In this document: piece after piece, positions 50,707-59,406 of the stretch
Position numbering within the stretch: the stretch's first letter is position 1
Layout of the letters: each line of letters begins with the position of its first letter
NCBI GenBank assembly: GCA_964537315.1
Contig: CAZIAP010000001.1
Location: 23,975 to 87,974, forward strand
Direction: 5' to 3'
Source: an uncultured Gammaproteobacteria bacterium
Lineage (GTDB): Bacteria; Patescibacteriota; Microgenomatia; Levybacterales; GWA1-39-11
DNA: 64,000 nt
Made by a program: the position numbers and the translations under genes
Notes under the pieces: generated by a model
What the model was told of the DNA's origin: nothing
Seen by the model: the letters and a program-made list of their open reading frames with translations, nothing else
Databases searched by the model: none

Positions 50707-51207
50707 TTATGTAGCAGATGGGAAGTTGACGGAAAAGGGTGATTTTCTTTTTATTGTATATCCCGGACATTCACGAAGTGCTTCTTTTAACCGATTTCGG
50801 TAGATTCTGAGCGGATCTAAGTGTGTTTTTCTTACACTTATTGGATTACCGCAAGGAAGAATCTCACCTTGGGTTTTATAAACATTGTCAAGGCGCTTAC
50901 CGATACTTAATATCTCTTTTGATCTCAGCACTTCATCTCTGTTTACGATTATAAGAAGCGGTGTTTTGACCCAACTTGGGAATAGTTCGGTTGGAATAGT
51001 ATGAGGAGCGTCCCATATTTTCCACGGTCCAAATCTGTAATACGCATCAGACTCCGCGCTTATTATGACTGAGTCATACTTTCGACTTACTTCTCCGCGT
51101 TCAGGAAAGATAATCCTGGTGTTGTACTGCGAACCAAGAAGCTCCAGCATCCCCATGACTTTTGGATCATTGTTGGGGATCAGAATTACAGGATTTGAAC
51201 TATTCAT
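50707..51207 (-). CDS. Hypothetical protein
   Basis: 166-aa ORF, GC slightly elevated, no known motifs. Confidence 0.3.
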   Translation of the reverse strand: MNSSNPVILIPNNDPKVMGMLELLGSQYNTRIIFPERGEVSRKYDSVIISAESDAYYRFGPWKIWDAPHTIPTELFPSWVKTPLLIIVNRDEVLRSKEILSIGKRLDNVYKTQGEILPCGNPISVRKTHLDPLRIYRNRLKEALRECPGYTIKRKSPFSVNFPSAT

Positions 51208-51222
51208 GTCTCACACGTCTTT

Positions 51223-51504
51223 CTAGGGAATGTAGACAAGCTCAGGGAACAAAATATTGTTTCGACTAGCCTCCTCAATTGCTAAAAGGTGGCATACTTG
51301 GCAAGTATTACTACCTTTGATTACTACCTTTGAACATCGTGGACATATGGTAACAGTGCACCCGCATCCTTCACATCTTGTAACAATCTTGTGATCATCT
51401 GGATGCTTACATACCTTTGCCGATTCCTTCATCCTTGCTTCCTTTCTGCTATCTCTCAGATTGAGAGAAACAGCCTTGAACATTTCAAGACTCTTACCTC
51501 TCAA
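51223..51504 (-). CDS. Small Cys-rich double zinc-ribbon protein
   Basis: 'VCKH...TRCEGCGC...ICPRCSKV...TCQVCH': four Cys pairs. Confidence 0.4.
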   Translation of the reverse strand: MRGKSLEMFKAVSLNLRDSRKEARMKESAKVCKHPDDHKIVTRCEGCGCTVTICPRCSKVVIKGSNTCQVCHLLAIEEASRNNILFPELVYIP

Positions 51505-51527
51505 CCTGTATGTAAATGTGCAACTAA

Positions 51528-51555
51528 AACAAAAAAACCTCCCATGTGGGAGGTA
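51528..51555 (-). terminator. Intrinsic terminator (copy 2 of the identical hairpin)
   Basis: Same 'aaaaaaacctcccatgtgggaggta' as copy 1. Confidence 0.55.
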
Positions 51556-51714
51556 TAGATATATATTTTTTTGATTATTAATTTTTATATTTTACTATTC
51601 CACCCACGCATGTATTTTTCCACCAACGTGGAGAATATTTGCGCGTGAAGGAATATGTGTAATTCATGGTTTATTCATTCTAGCTAACATGAATTTATCT
51701 GTCAAGAAAGGTAA

Positions 51715-52383
51715 TTATCCTGTTTGAGTTGCAACGTTTCGTTCAGAAGAAAGGCTAAATGACGTACCTTTTTTGGATACTTGGCTCCAGTACTGTTGCT
51801 GACCTTTTTTACTTGCAAAAAGTGCCAACCAGTTTTTACCCTCCTCAACTCTGATTCGTGCATTTCTCACAGTCAAAAGTACCCATTCAAGAAAGTTTAC
51901 CTGATAACGACTTGCTTCACTCGAATTACTTTCAACCGTAACCTGTTGTGAGACTTGCTTAAAAGCCATTTCCATCTCTTTTGATGCTTTAATTAATTTT
52001 TTAATCTCGCTTTGAAGTACTTCAATCTGTTGCTTATTTTCAACTTCTTCTTTTTTAGGCACCTCTGCGTGGTCAAGTGATCTTACGTACTCTCTATGCT
52101 CTGCTGTTACTGCAGGCTTTTTTTCTGATTTTTCCGGAATCAAAGAAAACTCCTGCCCTTCTTGCAGTACTGCTTCTTTTTGAATACTTGTACCAGATTC
52201 TGATTTCGTACTTAAAAGCTGTTCAGGGAGGGTTTGTTTAGCAGAAGATTTAAAAAAGTCTTCCCACATGGTTCGAAGCGCATCTTTGGAAAGCGAAGAT
52301 ACCTGTTTGCCCATCTCTCCTCCACTCGTTTCTATAGAGTCTTGGAAGAAAGTGTGTTTTTTTTGTTTTGTTTGATTTGCCAT
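51715..52383 (-). CDS. Hypothetical coiled-coil protein
   Basis: 222-aa ORF downstream of tig. Confidence 0.3.
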   Translation of the reverse strand: MANQTKQKKHTFFQDSIETSGGEMGKQVSSLSKDALRTMWEDFFKSSAKQTLPEQLLSTKSESGTSIQKEAVLQEGQEFSLIPEKSEKKPAVTAEHREYVRSLDHAEVPKKEEVENKQQIEVLQSEIKKLIKASKEMEMAFKQVSQQVTVESNSSEASRYQVNFLEWVLLTVRNARIRVEEGKNWLALFASKKGQQQYWSQVSKKGTSFSLSSERNVATQTG

Positions 52384-52427
52384 AGGAAATTGATCGTATT
52401 ATAAGATATTTTACGTTCAATTTCAAA

Positions 52428-53258
52428 CTAAATTGACATAAGAAAGTCAATTGTCTTCTGTTGTCGGATTAGAGCTACAAGAAAGTATGGATTTTTTGCA
52501 ATTTCTTCTCTATTTTTAGGATCTTGAAACTTAGATAGAGCTTCTTCTATGTCATTTTTTTCAACTGCTATGTTTTCTGTGTCAGCAATTTTTTTGAGCA
52601 AAAACTCAAGCTTTAGATCACGTTCTGCTTTTGCTTCATATCCACTTCTCATTTCTTCAGCATTTTGACCACGGGTCGCCAGATATTGATCCAAGTTCAT
52701 ACCTAGTCTCTGCAGTTCATCTACAAGTTGTGACAAAAGTCTATTTGTCTCTTCTTCAATAAGGATTTTAGGAACTGTTATCTCAGCTCCTTCTAAAGCA
52801 GCTGCTAGTACGTCGTCAACTTTTGGTTTTTCCGGCTCTTTTTCTCCCGGTTTGATGATTTTGTTTTTTGATGTTACGTTTGTAACTGCCTTTTTATAAT
52901 CACCTAGCTTTACTTCTGGCTCAAGCGCGGTTACAGCCTCAAAAACCAGGTCTGTGCCTTCTTCAAATACTTCAATATGTAATTTTGGTGAGATAATAGG
53001 CTGCAGTTTCTCTGCCTGGATAGCTTTATTGTATGCTTCAGGTACTACTGCTTTTAGAGTTTCTTCCTGAACTACGTGCTTGGGTAGTTTTTCTTCCGCA
53101 ATTTTTTTCGGAACCTGTCCTTTGCGAAATCCTGGTGCTGACACGTTTTTACTCAGCTCAGATTTGATTTTTTCGCGAGTTTTTTCAACTTCAGCGAACG
53201 GAACAGTTATTTTTAAAACTAGTGTTCCGTCGTCTTGTTTGGTAATTTCTGGTTTCAT
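52428..53258 (-). CDS. tig: Trigger factor (short form, no PPIase domain)
   Basis: N-terminal ribosome-binding 'APGFRKGQVPKKIAEEK' signature; 276 aa. Confidence 0.7.
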   Translation of the reverse strand: MKPEITKQDDGTLVLKITVPFAEVEKTREKIKSELSKNVSAPGFRKGQVPKKIAEEKLPKHVVQEETLKAVVPEAYNKAIQAEKLQPIISPKLHIEVFEEGTDLVFEAVTALEPEVKLGDYKKAVTNVTSKNKIIKPGEKEPEKPKVDDVLAAALEGAEITVPKILIEEETNRLLSQLVDELQRLGMNLDQYLATRGQNAEEMRSGYEAKAERDLKLEFLLKKIADTENIAVEKNDIEEALSKFQDPKNREEIAKNPYFLVALIRQQKTIDFLMSI

Positions 53259-53572
53259 ATCGCCCTATTATACAGGTGAACAGGTTAAAATTCAAAATAT
53301 AAAGTAAAAAGTAGAAAAAGAGCCCATTGATGTTATCGCAGGGCTCGTAGAATTATTCTTTGTTATACTGCTCTGGTAAGAACCTAGAAAAAGGTTCAGC
53401 ATCGTTTGAATCGGGTTGGATTTTGAGAATTTTCTTAATCATATTGAAAATCCTATTAATCAACTTTCTCCCCCTTACTTCTAACCCAAGATAGACAACT
53501 CAATACACACAAAGAATATTACAGTTATTATAACACCAACTATAGGATTAATTAAAGAGTTATTGTGAGGTG

Positions 53573-53655
53573 TGCCCGAGAGAGGAGTTGAACCTCCACA
53601 CCGTTGCCGATACAGCGTTCTGAACACTGCGTGTCTACCATTCCACCACTCGGGC
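53573..53655 (-). tRNA. tRNA-Leu (anticodon CAG)
   Basis: - strand 'GCCCGAG TG GTG GAATGGTAGA CAC G CAGTG TTCAGAA CGCTG TATCGGCAACGGTGT GGAGG TTCAACT CCTCT CTCGGGC A': class II with long variable arm. Confidence 0.85.
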
Positions 53656-53714
53656 ATAATTTAGTTATTGGGCAGTTCATATATTTTGATATATTTTATC
53701 CCTTTTGATCTTCC

Positions 53715-54347
53715 TTGACAAGCAAATACATCTATGGAAAGATAGAAGGAATGGACAAACGGATTATTCTGCTCGGTGTCTATTTGCTCACTGCTCCTGC
53801 TGCACTTTTCGTTCTTATCTTTTATACCCTTTACTATCACCATGAGCATACTCTGTCTCGTACACCTTCTGTAAAGGTGTTGAATTATAATGGTAATTTT
53901 GAAGCTCTACCTGACAATACTGTAAGCACATCAGCGATTAACCTACCAAGTACTGATGCCAGAATTGCAGCGCTGGATGACTTCTTTAAGAAGCACAAAT
54001 CCCCACTTGTCTCTCATAGCAAAATTATTGTTCAGCAGGCTGATGAATATGGGTTTGATTATCGGCTTCTACCTGCAATTGCCATGCAAGAAAGCAACCT
54101 GTGTAAAAAAATTCCTAAGGGAGCTGATCATAACTGTTGGGGTTTCGGTATATACGGAAAAAAACGTACTGGATTCGAATCGTATGATAGAGCTATACAA
54201 GTTATCTCTAAAACTCTTTCCGAGCAGTACATAAGTAAAGGTTTGGAAACTCCGGAGCAGATCATGTCCAAGTATACTCCTAACAGCAATGGTTCATGGG
54301 CAAATGGAGTTATTTACTTCATGAATCAAATCCACTCTAATATTTAG
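53715..54347 (+). CDS. Membrane-anchored lysozyme-like/glucosaminidase-like putative peptidoglycan hydrolase (paralog A)
   Basis: N-terminal TM; 'ADEYGFDYRLLPAIAMQESNLCKK...CWGFGIYG'; homologous to 54690..55241. Confidence 0.4.
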   Translation: MTSKYIYGKIEGMDKRIILLGVYLLTAPAALFVLIFYTLYYHHEHTLSRTPSVKVLNYNGNFEALPDNTVSTSAINLPSTDARIAALDDFFKKHKSPLVSHSKIIVQQADEYGFDYRLLPAIAMQESNLCKKIPKGADHNCWGFGIYGKKRTGFESYDRAIQVISKTLSEQYISKGLETPEQIMSKYTPNSNGSWANGVIYFMNQIHSNI

Positions 54348-54437
54348 CTGCTATATAGTGGTCCAAACTACAAGTGACCACTAAGGCAATTCCAGATTAG
54401 GCCGTATTTATGCTATTTTGAGCATTGTTTTACAGAC

Positions 54438-54466
54438 TTGACAGACTCATAGTTGTTTGCTATAAT
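54438..54466 (+). promoter_or_regulatory. Near-consensus sigma70-type promoter
   Basis: TTGACA (54438-54443), 17-nt spacer, TATAAT (54461-54466). Confidence 0.55.
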
Positions 54467-54689
54467 ACGTGCTAGGTCTCGAGGTAGCCCAAAACTTACT
54501 TTGAGACTCTTTAAAAGGACTGAATCAGTGGATATTTTTTATGTAAAAATCCACATCTCTACGAGGCGATTTAGTCCTTTTAAAGTTTTATAAGCATCTC
54601 CAACGTAGTTTTACCTCTGAGTTCCAAGAAAATATTTCATTATTTTTTTGGAGTCCCAGGTAAACGCATAATGCGAATCGGGATGCAAT

Positions 54690-55241
54690 ATGAAAAAACT
54701 TTTTATTCTTATCGCCTTTCTTCTTGCGGTAAGCGTTACACCTACAACCTTCGCGTCTGAAAAAATTGCAGGACGCTCAGCAACACTTTCTATTGAATCT
54801 AAACGTCAAACTGATAAGAACTTATCTAACGACGTGAGGGTTACTGCAGTTCAAAATGTACTGAAAAAGTATGATTCTATTCTAGTGCCTGAAGCAGAAA
54901 ACTTTGTGTACTATGCTGATAAGCACGGTATCGACTGGAGACTTCTGGTATCTATTTCAGGTCTTGAATCATATTTTGGTGCCCGGTATGTACAAGGGTC
55001 ATATAACGCCTATGGATGGGGTGGCGGATATATATACTTTGAAAGCTGGGAGGATGGTATAGACACTATTTCTTACGCGCTGAAAACGAAATATTATGAT
55101 CGTGGTGCAAATACTGTGGAAAAAATAGGTCCTATTTATGCTGAAAATCCTCATTGGGCAGAGCGCATATCACGTTTTATGACTCAAATTGATAAAGAGT
55201 ATATAAACCTGACTACCCTTGCTGCTGCTCCTCAGTTTTAG
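54690..55241 (+). CDS. Secreted lysozyme-like/glucosaminidase-like putative peptidoglycan hydrolase (paralog B)
   Basis: Signal peptide 'MKKLFILIAFLLAVSVTPTTFASE'; 'ADKHGIDWRLLVSISGLESYFGAR...AYGWGGGYIYF'. Confidence 0.4.
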   Translation: MKKLFILIAFLLAVSVTPTTFASEKIAGRSATLSIESKRQTDKNLSNDVRVTAVQNVLKKYDSILVPEAENFVYYADKHGIDWRLLVSISGLESYFGARYVQGSYNAYGWGGGYIYFESWEDGIDTISYALKTKYYDRGANTVEKIGPIYAENPHWAERISRFMTQIDKEYINLTTLAAAPQF

Positions 55242-55244
55242 AAA

Positions 55245-55267
55245 TGTCAAGAACCGATCTCGACAAG
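55245..55267. repeat. REP-like palindromic element, copy 1
   Basis: 'tgtcaagaaccgatctcgacaag'. Confidence 0.7.
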
Positions 55268-55298
55268 CACTTCGCATTCACATGCAAAGTATTGTATT

Positions 55299-55321
55299 TG
55301 TCAAGAACCGATCTTGACAAG
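55299..55321. repeat. REP-like palindromic element, copy 2 (perfect 8-bp stem)
   Basis: 'tgtcaagaaccgatcttgacaag'. Confidence 0.7.
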
Positions 55322-55349
55322 TTGGATGTGACAGCTCATAACTGATAGT

Positions 55350-56018
55350 ATGTCGTCTCGATATACCGTTAGAAGTTTTTCTAAAAACTGTGTGTATCAC
55401 GCATATAATCGTGGCGTTGAAAAAAGAGATATATTTCTTGATGAATCTGACTGTAGAATATTCCTATTTTACCTTAAGCTCTATTTATCTCCTATAGAAG
55501 CATTAAAGACTCAAAAAATTCCTGGACTTAGGTTAGATAAAATTCTTAAGAATAACTTATCAGAAGAAACTGATCTTCTTTCCTATGCATTAATGCCAAA
55601 CCATTTTCACTTACTGATTAAACAAAAAACTACCAATGGTACTACAAAGTTAATGAAGCGAATGTCTGTTGCATATGCAATGTATTTTAATAAAAAGTAC
55701 AATAGGGTGGGTCCGTTATTTCAGGGAATTTATAAGTCTGTGCTTATCACAACAGACGAACAAATGCTCCATGTATCGCGCTATATCCATCTTAATGCCT
55801 TTGAGATAAAGTCAAATATAGATTTCAAAAAGTTTTCTAGTTACGCTTGGTATTTAAATGCAAATCCACCATCGTGGATACATCCTGACATAATTACTGA
55901 GTACTTTAGAAGTGTGAAAAAAATAAGTAATAACGATATGTTATCGTACCAGAGTTTTGTAGAAGACCATACTCAGCCATCAAAAGAACTACTTGGCGAA
56001 TTAACATTAGAAGACTAA
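55350..56018 (+). mobile_element. REP-associated tyrosine transposase (RAYT, IS200/IS605-like Y1 HUH transposase)
   Basis: HUH motif 'PNHFHLLIKQ'; catalytic Tyr region 'VSRYIHLNAFE'; 222 aa; flanked by REP-like hairpins. Confidence 0.65.
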
Positions 56019-56043
56019 GTTTTTTGTGCTCAATGTCAAGAAC

Positions 56044-56066
56044 CGATCTCGACATATTTGGAGGTA
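56044..56066. repeat. REP-like palindromic element, copy 3
   Basis: 'tgtcaagaaccgatctcgacata'. Confidence 0.7.
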
Positions 56067-56164
56067 TGATCTGAGGGGGGTTGTGTATCGGGTGCATACG
56101 CTAAAATTTGTTTAATATTTCGATTGCAGTTTGTAGGTGGAAAAATGTATAATGTGAGTCGTGA

Positions 56165-56247
56165 GCGGGCGTGGTGAAATGGTATACACGCTAGTTTTAG
56201 GAACTAGTGGCCGCAAGGCCGTGGGGGTTCAAGTCCTCTCGCCCGCA
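56165..56247 (+). tRNA. tRNA-Leu (anticodon TAG)
   Basis: 'GCGGGCG TG GTG AAATGGTATA CAC G CTAGT TTTAGGA ACTAG TGGCCGCAAGGCCGT GGGGG TTCAAGT CCTCT CGCCCGC A'; possible promoter TTGCAG-18-TATAAT upstream. Confidence 0.85.
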
Positions 56248-56293
56248 CTAAAATGGATTAAAGCTGTTTATCCTCGTTTAGTAAACTCGAATT

Positions 56294-56656
56294 ATGAAAC
56301 CCAAAAGTGTTGACGAATACATTGAAAATTTTCCACAAGATCAGAAAGAAAAGCTGATAGAGCTACGAAAGATTATAAAAACTACACTGCCTGATACAAA
56401 GGAAGCACTCAAATGGGGTGATCCAGCAGTCTTGGATAAAGATGGAATGATCTTAGTAATTTATGGTGGATATAAACAACACATGAATCTTGTTGCTACA
56501 CCAAGCACTAAACAGGCGTTAGAAAATGAATTGTCAGATTACAAAACTGGTAAAGGTTCCGTTCAGTTACATTATGATAAACCACTGCCGGTTACTTTGA
56601 TTAAAAAAATCTTGTTATACAGAGCCAAAGAATATCGTGAACAAGGTGTTAAGTGA
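56294..56656 (+). CDS. DUF1801/YdhG-like small protein
   Basis: 'KPKSVDEYIENFPQDQKEKLIELRKIIKTTLPD...LKWG' typical DUF1801 N-terminus. Confidence 0.45.
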   Translation: MKPKSVDEYIENFPQDQKEKLIELRKIIKTTLPDTKEALKWGDPAVLDKDGMILVIYGGYKQHMNLVATPSTKQALENELSDYKTGKGSVQLHYDKPLPVTLIKKILLYRAKEYREQGVK

Positions 56657-56845
56657 AAGTGATTGAATAGGTCTATAATCTACTCACCTATTGTCATTTC
56701 TTCCTGTATTCTTACTGTATTTTTTGATTATTCTCGTTCGATTTCCTTACTATCTAGTTAGTTATTTCAATTTAATGTACCGAATGTATACAAGGTGTCT
56801 TTGTGCAAATATCACAAGCATACCAAGTAAAAGGAGGTGAACTAT

Positions 56846-56998
56846 ATGACTGATGTGTTAAGAGACAAAGATGATTTAAAAAAACGGGAAGAAATAATCG
56901 ATGATGAAGAAGGCGAAGCAGGTGGAGAGGCAGAGTATGACGCAGATATCAACGAAACAACTGATGATCTGATCGAGACTGATGACGATAGGATGTAA
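56846..56998 (+). CDS. Small highly acidic protein (50 aa, not in the ORF track)
   Basis: Consensus SD 'AAAGGAGGTG' 8 nt upstream of the ATG; translation 'MTDVLRDKDDLKKREEIIDDEEGEAGGEAEYDADINETTDDLIETDDDRM'. Confidence 0.35.
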   Translation: MTDVLRDKDDLKKREEIIDDEEGEAGGEAEYDADINETTDDLIETDDDRM

Positions 56999-57169
56999 AT
57001 GGCTAGCGCAGGAGATATGTCCCGCGCTAGGATAATATGCCAAAGCGCTATTTACTCAAAGAATTAAGAGATACATTCCGTTATATCAAAAATGGGTTAG
57101 GAAATATTCGCGGAAAAAAAGGCGGAGAACAAGAAATTAAAGAGGACGAAGAGGTTCAAATAAAAGAAA

Positions 57170-58033
57170 ATGACACAAAAACCAACACCCCCACAACCGA
57201 AACAAACTCTCGATACTAGACCAGGGAAAGAACACGAGATGGTTCAAAAACCTGAGTATTATGGAGAAGATTATAAGCCTGCCGGGAAATTAGAAGGAAA
57301 AATTGCAATTATTACCGGCGGTGATAGTGGAATTGGACGCTCGGTTGCTGTGCTTTTTGCGCGAGAAGGAGCGGATATTGCTATCGCCTATCTTAATGAG
57401 CATAAAGATGCTCAAAAAACTCAACAAGAGGTTGAAAAGGTAGGAAAAAAATGTATTGCTATTTCCGGTGACCTTGGTGAAGAATCACACGCTAATGATG
57501 TCGTAAGCCAGGTGATACAAGAATTCGGGTCATTGGATATATTAGTCAATAATGCTGCCGAGCAGCATCCACAGGAAAGCATTTCTGATATTTCTTCTGA
57601 GCAGCTTGAAAGGACTTTTAGAACAAATATTTTTGCATATTTTTACTTAACTAAAGCTGCTCTATCCCATCTGAAATCAGGAAGTACCATTATTAACACT
57701 ACTTCCGTTACAGCTTACAGAGGAAGCGATCATTTAATTGATTACGCATCTACTAAAGGTGCAATTGTTGCTTTTACACGCTCACTTGCAAGTCAGTTGG
57801 CTGAAAAGAATATTAGAGTCAATGGCGTTGCTCCGGGTCCTATTTGGACTCCGTTAATACCCTCTACTTTCCCTGAAAATCATGTTGAAAAGTTTGGAGA
57901 AAAAGAGCCTTTAGGTCGTCCCGGTCAACCTGATGAAGTTGCACCAAGTTATGTATTTTTAGCCTCACAGGATTCTTCTTACATGACAGGTCAGGTACTC
58001 CACCCTAACGGCGGGGAAATTATAAACGGATAG
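57170..58033 (+). CDS. SDR-family oxidoreductase, YghA/YdaD (general stress protein 39)-like
   Basis: 'GKIAIITGGDSGIGRSVA' NAD(P) site, 'NNAA', Y-x3-K; N-terminal Pro/Lys-rich extension typical of YghA. Confidence 0.8.
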   Translation: MTQKPTPPQPKQTLDTRPGKEHEMVQKPEYYGEDYKPAGKLEGKIAIITGGDSGIGRSVAVLFAREGADIAIAYLNEHKDAQKTQQEVEKVGKKCIAISGDLGEESHANDVVSQVIQEFGSLDILVNNAAEQHPQESISDISSEQLERTFRTNIFAYFYLTKAALSHLKSGSTIINTTSVTAYRGSDHLIDYASTKGAIVAFTRSLASQLAEKNIRVNGVAPGPIWTPLIPSTFPENHVEKFGEKEPLGRPGQPDEVAPSYVFLASQDSSYMTGQVLHPNGGEIING

Positions 58034-58116
58034 TTATAATTTTTCACGATAATTTTCATTGATATTAAGTAATATTTCTTGTAAAATGTAAGCCACCCTT
58101 CAGGAATGGAAATATG

Positions 58117-58200
58117 GGCTGATGGCGAAACTGGTAGACGCGCAGTCTTGAGGGGGCTGTACCGCAAGGTGTGGAGGTTCAAGTCCTCTTCAGCCCACCA
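58117..58200 (+). tRNA. tRNA-Leu (anticodon GAG), CCA encoded
   Basis: 'GGGCTGA TG GCG AAACTGGTAGA CGC G CAGTC TTGAGGG GGCTG TACCGCAAGGTGT GGAGG TTCAAGT CCTCT TCAGCCC ACCA'. Confidence 0.85.
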
Positions 58201-58279
58201 AACGTTTCACATTAAACTACTTTTATTACCTTCGTACGTATGTTAAAATGATCTCTGATATAGGGTTAATCTTATATTT

Positions 58280-58354
58280 GGGCGCTTAGCTCAGCTGGTT
58301 TAGAGCGCCTCGTTTACACCGAGGAGGTCAGGGGTTCGAATCCCTTAGCGCCCA
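58280..58354 (+). tRNA. tRNA-Val (anticodon TAC)
   Basis: 'GGGCGCT TAGCTCAGCTGGTTTAGAGCG CCTCG TTTACAC CGAGG AGGTC AGGGG TTCGAAT CCCTT AGCGCCC A'. Confidence 0.85.
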
Positions 58355-58410
58355 CTCTTCATTACGTCCACTGTAGACAATAACAGGTTTACATCAAACG
58401 AATGTGAGAT

Positions 58411-58483
58411 GCCGAGATTGCCAAGTTGGTCAAGGCGCTTGTCTGAAGAACAAGTTATGCGGGTTCGATTCCTGCTCTCGGCA
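58411..58483 (+). tRNA. tRNA-Phe (anticodon GAA)
   Basis: 'GCCGAGA TT GCC AAGTTGGTCAA GGC G CTTGT CTGAAGA ACAAG TTAT GCGGG TTCGATT CCTGC TCTCGGC A'. Confidence 0.85.
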
Positions 58484-58521
58484 CAACTGACAATAAAGGA
58501 AGCCTTGATTTTCCTTAAAAA

Positions 58522-58596
58522 GCGGCGGTAGTTCAGCGGTAGAATGCTTCCTTGCCAAGGAAGATGTCGCCGGTTCGATCCCGGTCCGCCGCTCCA
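58522..58596 (+). tRNA. tRNA-Gly (anticodon GCC), CCA encoded
   Basis: 'GCGGCGG TAGTTCAGCGGTAGAATG CTTCC TTGCCAA GGAAG ATGTC GCCGG TTCGATC CCGGT CCGCCGC TCCA'. Confidence 0.85.
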
Positions 58597-58662
58597 TATT
58601 TTACTCTCTTCATACTCATATCTTGCAATCATTTCATTTATCTTGTTTACTATATTCAAGAT

Positions 58663-59106
58663 ATGCTGATTCAAAGTGTAATGTTTCAGGATAATGAATT
58701 TATTCCTATGCAGTACACCTGCGAAGGAGAAAACATTAATCCCCCACTACTCTTTTTAGAGGTGCCTCAAGAAGCACAGAGCCTAGTACTAATTGTTGAC
58801 GATCCTGATGCTGTATCAGGTTTGTGGACGCACTGGGTTGTATTTAATATCCCCCCAGATACTCACGAAATAGGAGAGAATGCTACTCCACCCGGAGTTG
58901 AGGGAACAACAAGTTTCGGAAAACCTGGATGGCGTGGTCCTTGTCCGCCTAATGAACCTGTGCACCACTATAGATTTAGACTTTATGCGCTTGATACAAT
59001 GCTGGATCTTGATAACTCAGCAACGCGAGAAGAAGTTGAGACTGCAATGAGTACTCACGTAATCGATGATGCAGAATTAATTGGATTGTATCAGAAGACG
59101 AGTTAG
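58663..59106 (+). CDS. YbhB/YbcL-family (PEBP/Raf-kinase-inhibitor-like) protein
   Basis: 'LIVDDPDAVSGLWTHWVVFNIP' and 'GPCPPNEPVHHYRFRLYALD' are PEBP hallmarks; start moved to MLIQSV because the track ORF overlaps tRNA-Gly. Confidence 0.7.
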   Translation: MLIQSVMFQDNEFIPMQYTCEGENINPPLLFLEVPQEAQSLVLIVDDPDAVSGLWTHWVVFNIPPDTHEIGENATPPGVEGTTSFGKPGWRGPCPPNEPVHHYRFRLYALDTMLDLDNSATREEVETAMSTHVIDDAELIGLYQKTS

Positions 59107-59406
59107 AAACTAACATCTCTCATTTTATCTCCTCACTTTGTATTCTTACATTACTATGCTAGTATAAACATACTCAAATCTTCAGATTTCTTCAGAAAGA
59201 TTGTAAGAAAACACACTAAATATTACAAAAATCTTACTCATTTTTATCTTGAAAATTAAAATGATACACTCTGATATAGTTGACTCCTCTATTTCTGCAT
59301 GGTATAAACTCAATGTTCTAAAAAATAGATAAGCGAAGCAAGCAAAAAGATTGATATATCAATCCAAACGAATTTATTCAAGCCCTGTTAATTTTTTTGC
59401 TAAGGA

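Noticed and set aside
56846-56998. Calling the acidic mini-protein a Pup (prokaryotic ubiquitin-like) homolog
   Set aside because: It lacks the C-terminal GGQ/GGE, and no pafA/mpa-like genes are nearby; reported only as an acidic small ORF
57037-57219. 60-aa ORF between the acidic mini-ORF and the SDR gene
   Set aside because: Overlaps the SDR N-terminal extension, which itself matches the YghA family, in another frame; lysine-rich low complexity; probably spurious
58345-58674. 109-aa - strand ORF
   Set aside because: Overlaps the tRNA-Val/Phe/Gly cluster on the opposite strand; spurious
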